Below are positions 18,995 to 27,007 of a DNA stretch of 64,000 nt, one piece after another. The notes beneath the pieces are model-generated. The model ran no database searches. It worked only from the letters and a program-made list of their open reading frames with translations, and was not told the origin of the DNA. Position 1 is the stretch's first letter. Every line of letters begins with the position of its first letter. The DNA lies in the IMG/VR virus record IMGVR_UViG_3300031658_000002, positions 1-64,000 of that record, one strand, 5' to 3'. The position numbers and the translations under genes were made by a program. This DNA comes from a virus.

Positions 18995-20623
18995 TTATGA
19001 AGCGAATGAAGCAGTTACACCACCAAATCTTGAAGTCCAAGTAGAATCGTTAACTATCAACTTAGCGTAGAAGTCGTTTCTTACAACTTTCTTAGCGTAT
19101 CTAGTCATCACACCTTTTCTTGGAGTAAAGTTTGTTGGATCGTAAACAAGTGGAGTCATAATCAATGGAATGTATGGAGCAAATACTGCACCAGTTTCTA
19201 AGAATTGAGTCCCTCTAAATCCTGTTAAGATAGTGTTACCTGTCCAATATGGATTTTTGTAAATTGTAAATCTGTTCGATAAAGAACCGATTGCAGTTAC
19301 ACCCATTGCAAAGCTTTCAGCAGTACCATCAGTATTAGCAGCATATCCAGCGATAGACTCTAAGTAAGTAGCGATCTGTGGAGAACATACAGCAAAGTTA
19401 GCTCCTCCTCTCATCGTTGATTGGTGGATAGTGTTTGATAAAACTTGCATTGAAATACCCATTTGAGCAAAAGCATCGCCGTAAGATTCACCAGCAGCAG
19501 GAGCAGCAGCTACAAATGTTTGTTCGAATGCAGCAGCGTTGTTAAGCATTGCTAAAATTTCCAAGTCAATTTCCATTGAAATGTATTCAGATAACATTGA
19601 AGTTAATTCAGCTTCAGCATCAATTGAATGATAAGCATTAAGATCTTGCGCAAATTCCGGTGACCATTTAACTTTTAACTTTCTAGTCTTAGCAACTAAA
19701 GCCTCTTGAGTTAATTGAACATCGATTTCTGGAATTTCTAAGTCATCAGACAAAGTACTTGATACAATTTCCGGTCCTACAGTATCTTCAAAGTCACCTC
19801 TTAATAATGCTTTTTCAGTGTTTTGGTAATAGTACAATTTATACTTGTTATCATCACCAGAAACAGCAATAGAAGAACCATCTTTTATAGAGTGGAACGT
19901 TGCAGCTGTTGTTGCAGGTACAAATGCTGAACAAGTAAATACTTCAGCAGTTGCAAGTGCTGCAGCATTGTCACCGCTGTCACCAGCAGTAAATCTAGCA
20001 GCACCAGCAGAAGCAGACATAACATAGAAAGCAGATGCTAATGACCAGTCAGCGTCAACACCTAATGTTGGGCCGTTGTCTAGTCCGTTAAGAATTACTG
20101 AAGCAGAAGATTCAGCTTTAAGTAATAAAACACCTTTTTTAGATAATGAATATCCAGCAGAACGTCCACCCATATCTGTGTCAGAACTTCCGTATAATCC
20201 ATCGTTTAAGTTTGGTGCAGTTTTTCCAGAACCACCGTACAAAGAATTACCATCTTCATGGCGTCCTTTAGCTGTTCCGTATTTAAAATCTAACCAGAAA
20301 ACTAGACCTGATGGTAAGTTCATTGGCTGTACACTGACGAATTCCTTTGCAGAAATTTCAGCGAAGATTCTTCTAACTAATGGTAAAGCTACCCCATTCC
20401 AGTTTTCTCTATTAGTACCTGAATCGATACTGTTAGATTCTGAAATAAGTTGTTTAGCTTGGTTTTCTAAAAGAATTGCAGTGTTGTGCATTGTATACTC
20501 ATCACTGATTCCTTCTAAAAGACCTGTCTTTTCCCACTTAGTTACAAGACCTTTTGTTTCGTTTCTCTGTGCATTAAATGATGCCTGAGAAGCTTGTAAT
20601 AAATCATTAATTTGATTTGACAT
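18995..20623 (-). CDS. Major capsid protein (T4 gp23-like)
   Basis: KWEKTGLLEG, LLENQA, VSVQPMNLPSGLVF, KTRKLK.KWSPEFAQDLNAYHSIDAEAEL, APYIPL, FTPRKGVMTRYA. Confidence 0.97.
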   Translation of the reverse strand: MSNQINDLLQASQASFNAQRNETKGLVTKWEKTGLLEGISDEYTMHNTAILLENQAKQLISESNSIDSGTNRENWNGVALPLVRRIFAEISAKEFVSVQPMNLPSGLVFWLDFKYGTAKGRHEDGNSLYGGSGKTAPNLNDGLYGSSDTDMGGRSAGYSLSKKGVLLLKAESSASVILNGLDNGPTLGVDADWSLASAFYVMSASAGAARFTAGDSGDNAAALATAEVFTCSAFVPATTAATFHSIKDGSSIAVSGDDNKYKLYYYQNTEKALLRGDFEDTVGPEIVSSTLSDDLEIPEIDVQLTQEALVAKTRKLKVKWSPEFAQDLNAYHSIDAEAELTSMLSEYISMEIDLEILAMLNNAAAFEQTFVAAAPAAGESYGDAFAQMGISMQVLSNTIHQSTMRGGANFAVCSPQIATYLESIAGYAANTDGTAESFAMGVTAIGSLSNRFTIYKNPYWTGNTILTGFRGTQFLETGAVFAPYIPLIMTPLVYDPTNFTPRKGVMTRYAKKVVRNDFYAKLIVNDSTWTSRFGGVTASFAS

Positions 20624-20649
20624 TTTTAAGTCTCCTTATTTTTTTAAAA

Positions 20650-21576
20650 TTATTTTAATCCTGCTAACCTTTGCATTCTTGTTGCAAAAGTATTTGATTC
20701 AACAATAACATCTTTCGATGGTTTTGTAGAACCGATTGTTTTTGATGCGAAGCTTTCAGTAACGCGTTTCTTTGGAGTATATCCTGAAATTGATTCAGCT
20801 AAAGTAGAATAAACTAACTTAACTTCTCTTACAGAATTTGCTCTATCGAACGTTTCGATAACTTTCATCTTTTGTGATTCTGATAAACTGTTAGATCTGA
20901 ATAGTTTGTTAGAATAAAGTAATTTAGAATTTAATAAGTTTACTTCGTTAATTTTAGATTTTAAAAATCTAATAACTTTGTAAGCTTCTTCTAATTCTTC
21001 TTCATTTTCAACAACTTCTTCTTCTTCTTCAAGTTCATCTTCTTCTCTTAATGCGGATATAATCTCATCGAGATCCATTTCCTCGTCTTCACCTTCTTCG
21101 TCCATAGTCTCAGCGTCATCACCTTCTTCAATTTCCATTTCCTCGTCAGCTTCAGCAACAGTTGGGTCTTCACCTTCTGCTTCTTCTTCTTCTAATTCTT
21201 TGATAATTGATTCTAGTTCTAGATCGTCTTCGTCCATGTCGTCCATCTCATCGATTTCCTCAGCCTCATCGTATGATTCTTCAGCAGGCAAGTCTTCACC
21301 TGTTTCTTCTGTTTCATCATCCGCAGAGCCAGTGTCTGCCGAGTCAGCAGTAGTGTCAGCAATAGCAACTTCTTCGTCCTCCATAGAGGTATCAGTAGTT
21401 TCTAAATCGTCTTCTTCTTCTAATTCGTCATCCATTTCTTCGGCAATCTTATTTGATAGCATAGATTGTAATTTCGGGGTGAATGCTTCTTCGAGAGCTA
21501 ATCTCGCATTTGCAATGGCAGTTGAACGAACTGCTTTTGCATCGGCAATTGCCTCTTTTAATAAGTCTTTTGACAT
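20650..21576 (-). CDS. Prohead core scaffolding protein (gp22-like)
   Basis: Highly acidic centre, LNSKLLYSNKLF, ends RMQRLAGL; immediately upstream of the capsid gene; AGGAG spacing favours ATG 21576. Confidence 0.85.
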   Translation of the reverse strand: MSKDLLKEAIADAKAVRSTAIANARLALEEAFTPKLQSMLSNKIAEEMDDELEEEDDLETTDTSMEDEEVAIADTTADSADTGSADDETEETGEDLPAEESYDEAEEIDEMDDMDEDDLELESIIKELEEEEAEGEDPTVAEADEEMEIEEGDDAETMDEEGEDEEMDLDEIISALREEDELEEEEEVVENEEELEEAYKVIRFLKSKINEVNLLNSKLLYSNKLFRSNSLSESQKMKVIETFDRANSVREVKLVYSTLAESISGYTPKKRVTESFASKTIGSTKPSKDVIVESNTFATRMQRLAGLK

Positions 21577-21698
21577 TATCATTCTCCTTTAATTTGTTTG
21601 TTCTGGAAATAAGGTTATTAGAAACCTTAATAGGGTAGTTATAGTTTTGTGCATTGTATTATATAGAGATAATACTTTTTGTATACACCTAAATCCTA

Positions 21699-21706
21699 TA
21701 TAAATA
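21699..21706 (-). promoter_or_regulatory. Putative late promoter motif TATTTATA for the scaffold-capsid operon
   Basis: About 120 nt upstream of the scaffold start, after the bS21 terminator. Confidence 0.6.
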
Positions 21707-21728
21707 TACATGACAATCATTAAAGACT

Positions 21729-21753
21729 AAAAAAGAGCCTATAAAAAGCTCTT
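21729..21753 (-). terminator. Probable terminator after bS21
   Basis: AAGAGC...GCTCTT stem plus T-tract on the minus strand; weak stem. Confidence 0.5.
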
Positions 21754-21782
21754 CTTTATTAAAAATATTTGTTTATTGTATG

Positions 21783-22136
21783 TTATCTAGCTTGGCCGTC
21801 AAAGATACCTACCCAGACGTAACCTTTACCATATCGCTTACTCATCTTATCTCTGTACTGTTCAGTCCTAACTGCCTCTTCTTTCTGAATCCTTCTCTTT
21901 TCGCTAGGCTTAATGTACTCCCTCTTGTCTCTGTACTTTGTGATCTTCTCAGTATCTTTCAATTGTCTTTTTAGATACTTCAAAGCTCGCTCTAATGAAT
22001 ATGAACTTGAATCTGGTATCTTGACTGCTTCAGGGTTTCCTTCTACGTAGAAGTCGTGTCTACCAAAATGCTTCTTTTTAAAGGGCTTTTTTTGATAGTC
22101 TTTCTTTTGATAATCTTTCTTGTAATTTTTTTGCAT
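21783..22136 (-). CDS. rpsU: Phage-encoded 30S ribosomal protein bS21 with N- and C-terminal extensions
   Basis: Core VKIP...SLERALKYLKRQLK...YRDKREYIKPSEKRR...A fits the bS21 pattern (ERALKxxKR, (Y/F)xKPSxxRR); location in the portal-protease-capsid block matches described bS21 phages. Confidence 0.85.
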   Translation of the reverse strand: MQKNYKKDYQKKDYQKKPFKKKHFGRHDFYVEGNPEAVKIPDSSSYSLERALKYLKRQLKDTEKITKYRDKREYIKPSEKRRIQKEEAVRTEQYRDKMSKRYGKGYVWVGIFDGQAR

Positions 22137-22164
22137 TGTTATGTTTTATGTTAAACTTGATTTA

Positions 22165-22199
22165 TATCTAATATAACAAAAAAAATCGACATATGAAAA
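22165..22199 (-). promoter_or_regulatory. Putative early/middle promoter for bS21 (TTTTCATAT-N10-TTTGTTATATTAGATA)
   Basis: Both elements identical in sequence and spacing to those upstream of polA. Confidence 0.6.
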
Positions 22200-22209
22200 C
22201 ATATGCCGG
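22178..22209 (-). terminator. Terminator upstream of bS21, overlapping its promoter
   Basis: CGGCATATG-TTTT-CATATGTCG stem (one G-U pair) followed by T8. Confidence 0.7.
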
Positions 22210-22240
22210 CCTTTTTAATATCTGTTATTTTGCTATCTTT

Positions 22241-22909
22241 TTATTTAAATGTTTTACGCATCCATAAAAGAATATAATGTGTTAATTCTTTTGCAGCAGG
22301 CTTGACATCTTCCTTGTCTGTCATAGGACCGCGTTTCCAATCTAACCATTGCATTTCAATTGCCGACAGGTGTTTATCTATAGCTTGATCATCCATAGAT
22401 TCTATGTATTCTTCGTTTATCTTACCTTCGTACATTAAATCAAACATAGTATCTTGAAGTTTAGAATCTATAAATCTACCACCTGCTTTTTCAATAGCTC
22501 TTCTTGCTTTCAATGCGTTTTTCTTAAGAACAATGAAATATCCTTTTCGTGGGCCACCCATCTTTTTTGTATATTGTGATCCTTGAGATTTTGAACCTAC
22601 CGGTCTTGCATTACCTCTTGGATCTATCACTACAAATTCTCTAGATTCAGTTAATGTACTTTCGTTCATTACTATATACTTCGCAAGTCCGTTCGTATCT
22701 TTATCTTTTATACTAAAGCCACTTAGCACTTCCCAATCAGCTACCATATCTATAAAGTCAGCCAGACCATTGACATCTTTCTTGTCAACAAGTTTGTAAA
22801 ATTCTTGCTGGTCCTGTCTGTCGTTTGGCATCCATTTTTCTATTTTGTCATGCGCTAAACTAAAGTTTGGGCCTTCATTTAAAATATCTTTGAATTTAAT
22901 ATTTGCCAT
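22241..22909 (-). CDS. Hypothetical protein, probable protease-processed internal head protein
   Basis: MANIKFKDILNE leader; further MNE/LTE/INE sites; located in the head cluster. Confidence 0.6.
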   Translation of the reverse strand: MANIKFKDILNEGPNFSLAHDKIEKWMPNDRQDQQEFYKLVDKKDVNGLADFIDMVADWEVLSGFSIKDKDTNGLAKYIVMNESTLTESREFVVIDPRGNARPVGSKSQGSQYTKKMGGPRKGYFIVLKKNALKARRAIEKAGGRFIDSKLQDTMFDLMYEGKINEEYIESMDDQAIDKHLSAIEMQWLDWKRGPMTDKEDVKPAAKELTHYILLWMRKTFK

Positions 22910-24186
22910 TATGAATCCCCTAATTTTTTCACCATATTATATGGAACAACTTTTGCATCGACAACAGTGCCAAGCAAGCCTTTAAAGAACTTTGAATCGC
23001 CATCATTTTTAGCAATCTCATGTTTCAAATGGCTTATTAAAACGTTACAGTCTTTTTCAAACTTTTTCATAAAGCTTTTGTCCATTGGAGCTTCAGTCAA
23101 TTCTGTTTCTTGTAGGTGTTTTTTTGCAGCGTATGCTTTCTGTACATCTTCCAATGTAGGTAAAGCTTTACCAGAAGTGCGATCCCATGCAGCTTCTTTT
23201 AAGATATTATTAAATTTTCTCTTTGCACCTTCTCTTACGATATCTCTATATTCACCATCGTTAACGTGCTTCGCTTTTTTCAACATATCTCTATAATAAT
23301 CTCTTACTTCTTTCATATAATTTGCAACATAATCACGTCTCCAATTATCAAGATCTCCATCTGGATCTATAGCTTTAGATCTAACCGCCGCTTTTTCTTT
23401 TTCTTCAGCAGCGAATTCCACCTTATACCTAACATATGAGTCAACCATTCTTGCGTATGCATCTGTTACTGATTTGTATGTATCCCACGATGTTTGATAT
23501 TTGCCTTTTTTAAGCATCTGCGTGTTTTTAGCTATTGACTGCTGAACTACCTTTGCAGCATCGGCCATCAACTTATCCATACCTTCTGCACCTGTTGCTG
23601 CAACCTTGAGCGTTAAAGCTTTTTTGTATTTTGCATGATTCCTGTTAGCGTGATCTACAGCTGACATAAGAGCAGTGGCACCTTTTTGAGCTTCAGCTCT
23701 AGCCGCTTGTTTTTCTTTTGCTGATGGTATATCTGATAAAGCTATAGTTAGTACTCTGTCAGCTACTTCAGAATATCTTTTGTAATTGTCAACTGACTGC
23801 TGTTGGTTACCTACCATATTTGGTGAAGAAGAATATCTCTGCTTCGGCCAGTACATAGATTTTTTACCTATAGTAATTCCTATGATACCTTTCGAAAGCT
23901 GGCCCCATTCTGATGTTTTTTGATATGGGTTTTCTTTCCTGCTGTCTAGGATAAATATATTCATATAATCGTTAGAAGAGTTAGGTGAACCTCCGCCAAC
24001 AGCGGTATCAGGTACATCTGACCATGCAAAGCCTCTACCTTTTGCAGTCATAGCAAAGAACTTCTTGTCGTGGCTATCCATAATTTGATACAGTTTAGTT
24101 ATTGCTTTAGATGCAAACTTTTCTGTTATTAGAGATTTCATTATTTCTTCTCTAACAAGCTTCCTTAATTTAGTTTCTGATTTCAT
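22909..24186 (-). CDS. Hypothetical protein, probable internal head protein
   Basis: MKSETKLRKLVREEIMKSLITE leader; ILKE, HLQE, ELTE sites. Confidence 0.6.
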   Translation of the reverse strand: MKSETKLRKLVREEIMKSLITEKFASKAITKLYQIMDSHDKKFFAMTAKGRGFAWSDVPDTAVGGGSPNSSNDYMNIFILDSRKENPYQKTSEWGQLSKGIIGITIGKKSMYWPKQRYSSSPNMVGNQQQSVDNYKRYSEVADRVLTIALSDIPSAKEKQAARAEAQKGATALMSAVDHANRNHAKYKKALTLKVAATGAEGMDKLMADAAKVVQQSIAKNTQMLKKGKYQTSWDTYKSVTDAYARMVDSYVRYKVEFAAEEKEKAAVRSKAIDPDGDLDNWRRDYVANYMKEVRDYYRDMLKKAKHVNDGEYRDIVREGAKRKFNNILKEAAWDRTSGKALPTLEDVQKAYAAKKHLQETELTEAPMDKSFMKKFEKDCNVLISHLKHEIAKNDGDSKFFKGLLGTVVDAKVVPYNMVKKLGDS

Positions 24187-24187
24187 A

Positions 24188-25027
24188 TTATCCTATCTTT
24201 TCTAATTTGTGAGTTTGTGTTGCCATCCAATCACTACCTTTTAAGCCAGCCATCTTAGATGCTTTCTTAATTGCTTCGACAGTTGATCTTGCTTTTACTG
24301 TATAAACTTTTTCTTTTCTCAGTTCAACACCTGATAGATTCATATCTGCAAATGACATTTTCCAAGTTGCAAATCCTTCGTTGACGGGTTTTTTGTTTCC
24401 CATGTTTATTGCAATTCCTGGAGATGATATTACGTTTCTCATGCCTTCGAAAGCTTCGTTAACGTCACCTTGAAATGATGTTTTATTTTTAGATTCGTTT
24501 TTACCTTTATGCATCTTATCAATTTTATTGAAAAAATCTTTCTTTTCTTCGTCATCCAAGTCAGCAGGAGAATCTACACCTTCATCTTCCAAAGCATCTT
24601 TGAATTTAGCTTGATACTTATCTTGAGCTTCAGTTTCGTTTAACTCTTTTATCTCATAGTATTTACCAAGCTTGGCGCCCATATCTTCAAATACAGATTC
24701 TAATCTTTGTTGTAATGTAGATATTTCTTTGAATGTTCCTTCAAACATTTTTATAGATTCGCCTATAGATTTAGTGTCTCTTTTTACAGATACGGCATCG
24801 AACCAATCTGCAGTTTCTTCTATAGCCATCCTGCTAGCATTTTCAGCCATTACTTTGACAGTTTCTACAAGTTCGCTTATTTCGTTTGTCTTGTATATAT
24901 TCTGACCTAGTTCGTTAAATCTAGAAACAGCTTCTAAAGTTTGTTTCTTCTCGTCCTCTGTCATTCTTTTGTTTTGGCCTGTAGATTCGTTTAATCTGTT
25001 CCACTTTCTGATATCGAATTGATTCAT
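24188..25027 (-). CDS. Hypothetical head-associated protein
   Basis: AGGAG SD; RLNE, ELNE and VNE sites; coiled-coil core. Confidence 0.65.
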   Translation of the reverse strand: MNQFDIRKWNRLNESTGQNKRMTEDEKKQTLEAVSRFNELGQNIYKTNEISELVETVKVMAENASRMAIEETADWFDAVSVKRDTKSIGESIKMFEGTFKEISTLQQRLESVFEDMGAKLGKYYEIKELNETEAQDKYQAKFKDALEDEGVDSPADLDDEEKKDFFNKIDKMHKGKNESKNKTSFQGDVNEAFEGMRNVISSPGIAINMGNKKPVNEGFATWKMSFADMNLSGVELRKEKVYTVKARSTVEAIKKASKMAGLKGSDWMATQTHKLEKIG

Positions 25028-25660
25028 TTATTTACTCCTGTTTGGTAGTGTGCATTTGCAAGTTAGATCGCAAAGCATTTCGTTAATTATATTGTTTACC
25101 TTGTCGTATTTATTTATATAAATATCATTGACAGATTCCTTAAGCGGTGCCATGAAAGCTCCATGTGTCGATGGGTTAGAGACAAAATCCCAGCATACTA
25201 ATTCAAAGTCAGATTGTACTTCGAGGGTTCCGTCCTCTGAAAGCTGCTTAACTGAACCTAAGCCTCTAGAACTGATCCCTAATTTCACACCAGCTTTAAG
25301 CAGTTCTTTTAGTATGTTACCAGAAGGTGTACCTAGTACCTCAACTGTGCCAACTAAATCATCACCTTTCCACCATATCTTTTTTATATTGTGAGAAACG
25401 TTTTGCAAATTAACTACAGATGATTCTGGATGGTCTAATTCTCCAAGTGCTCTGTTTTCTGCAATTTGTATCTTTGAATATTTGTTAGCTTCACGCATTA
25501 AGATTTCCTTAGGATATACTCTTCCGTTTTGGTTTTTCGCACCGGCTCTTTGTAGCACGCCACTTACAATAACCTTTCCGTCGTTGCTTTCCTCAGACTC
25601 TTTTATCATTTGAGGTGTTATTTCAAACGATGTATAATCTATTAGTACTTCTTTTGACAT
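25028..25660 (-). CDS. Prohead protease (T4 gp21-like)
   Basis: NQNGRVYP, ALGELDHP, VSH, TPSG, GISSRGLGS, DFVSNPS. Confidence 0.95.
   Translation of the reverse strand: MSKEVLIDYTSFEITPQMIKESEESNDGKVIVSGVLQRAGAKNQNGRVYPKEILMREANKYSKIQIAENRALGELDHPESSVVNLQNVSHNIKKIWWKGDDLVGTVEVLGTPSGNILKELLKAGVKLGISSRGLGSVKQLSEDGTLEVQSDFELVCWDFVSNPSTHGAFMAPLKESVNDIYINKYDKVNNIINEMLCDLTCKCTLPNRSK
25117..25124 (-). promoter_or_regulatory. TATTTATA motif embedded in the 3' end of the protease gene
   Basis: Full GATATTTATATA context (encodes DIYI), about 90 nt before the 25027 start. Confidence 0.5.
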
Positions 25661-26121
25661 TAGAATCTCCTTAATTTGTTAGATAATCGTTCCATTTTCT
25701 CAGAAATTTTAGAAAGATTACCTCTTGTTGATTTCCAGTATTTGTTTTCATCTATACCAGCTTCAGTCTTTAACTTTATATTCTGATTGATGATTCTTTC
25801 TATCTTGAACAGCTTACTATTAACTTCTCTTATAGCTCTATTTACTTTCTGTTTAGATGTAGCTGTATCATCGCTCTTGTATTCGTTGTAATTTACTTCG
25901 TTCATAAGCGTAAGCTTTGCCATTTTCATAAACGTAGATTCCTTTACTTTTTTCATACCTGCAGCCCCTGTTGTCTTATCATCTGTTTTTTTACCAAAAG
26001 CAAATTTTGTATCGTATTCGCCGCCTCCAGATGTTGTCGTATTCATTTCGTCTAAGTCTTCTTCTTCGATCTTCTTGAAGTCAGCTTCAAACATTTTATC
26101 TAACTTTTTACTTAATGACAT
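25660..26121 (-). CDS. Hypothetical protein (head cluster)
   Basis: Translationally coupled to both neighbours; LDEM and LMNE sites; GGEYDTKFAF. Confidence 0.7.
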   Translation of the reverse strand: MSLSKKLDKMFEADFKKIEEEDLDEMNTTTSGGGEYDTKFAFGKKTDDKTTGAAGMKKVKESTFMKMAKLTLMNEVNYNEYKSDDTATSKQKVNRAIREVNSKLFKIERIINQNIKLKTEAGIDENKYWKSTRGNLSKISEKMERLSNKLRRF

Positions 26122-26953
26122 TCTTAACCTCTCTAACTAAATCATAAGCACGCATTACTGAAAGCATATGCTTATCTTTAATTTTTCTTTCCTTCTTGAT
26201 CAATCTTAGTTGAGTTGCAACCTCATTAAGCTTTATAGAAACAATCTTGTCTTTTACTTTTTCAGAAAGCTTCTTTACTTCAGAAGATGTTTTTGTAATT
26301 TCTGAATGTAAATATGTTTTAAGTTTTTCTGTGTTTGATATATTGTTTATATATTCTCTTAGCAAAGTCTTTTGGCCAGAACTTAAAGTTCCATACTTAT
26401 CGTTGAATTTTTCTAACATTATCTTGTAAGAAAGTATTCTAATATCCTTGTCTTGCTTAGAATATATCTGATATGTCTCATCTATTCTAGATGCTTTGTT
26501 TTTCTTATTTGTAATGGATTCTATAAGACTATATCTAAACCTTACAGATTGAGAAGGGTTTACTTTGTTTTCAAACAGACAGAATATAGAAGCGTTTTCT
26601 GAATAGTTTTCTACTTTAGCTTTGAAGAACTCTTCTATGTTGTAGTGTTTTTTAACTTCTTTTATCAGATTATATTTGTGTTTTCTAAGCTCTACACCAG
26701 AAAGTTTCTTTCTTTCGTTGAGCACCGCGGTGATGAAAGACTCAGCTTTCTTTTCGGTGTTGAACTTTTCTTTTAAAAGAGTTTGGTATAAACCTAGCTC
26801 TTTTTTAAGAGTAGTATTTTTCTTAAAAAATTCTCTGATAATGGATATTGCAGGTGAATTTTCAACTCCATTGATAGTATCACTTGTTATCTGTCTGACC
26901 AATAGCTCAAATAGTATTCCTGTGTTTTTGTATTTAGAATGTTTTGCTTTCAT
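26108..26953 (-). CDS. Hypothetical protein between portal and protease
   Basis: KHSKYKNTGILFELLVRQIT N-terminus; basic and helical. Confidence 0.75.
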   Translation of the reverse strand: MKAKHSKYKNTGILFELLVRQITSDTINGVENSPAISIIREFFKKNTTLKKELGLYQTLLKEKFNTEKKAESFITAVLNERKKLSGVELRKHKYNLIKEVKKHYNIEEFFKAKVENYSENASIFCLFENKVNPSQSVRFRYSLIESITNKKNKASRIDETYQIYSKQDKDIRILSYKIMLEKFNDKYGTLSSGQKTLLREYINNISNTEKLKTYLHSEITKTSSEVKKLSEKVKDKIVSIKLNEVATQLRLIKKERKIKDKHMLSVMRAYDLVREVKNVIK

Positions 26954-26986
26954 TTTTTTCTTTCCCGCGTATATCTTTATATATCA

Positions 26987-26994
26987 TATAAATA
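26987..26994 (-). promoter_or_regulatory. Putative late promoter motif TATTTATA
   Basis: Intergenic, upstream of 26953. Confidence 0.6.
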
Positions 26995-27007
26995 TACTAA
27001 AACTTAT

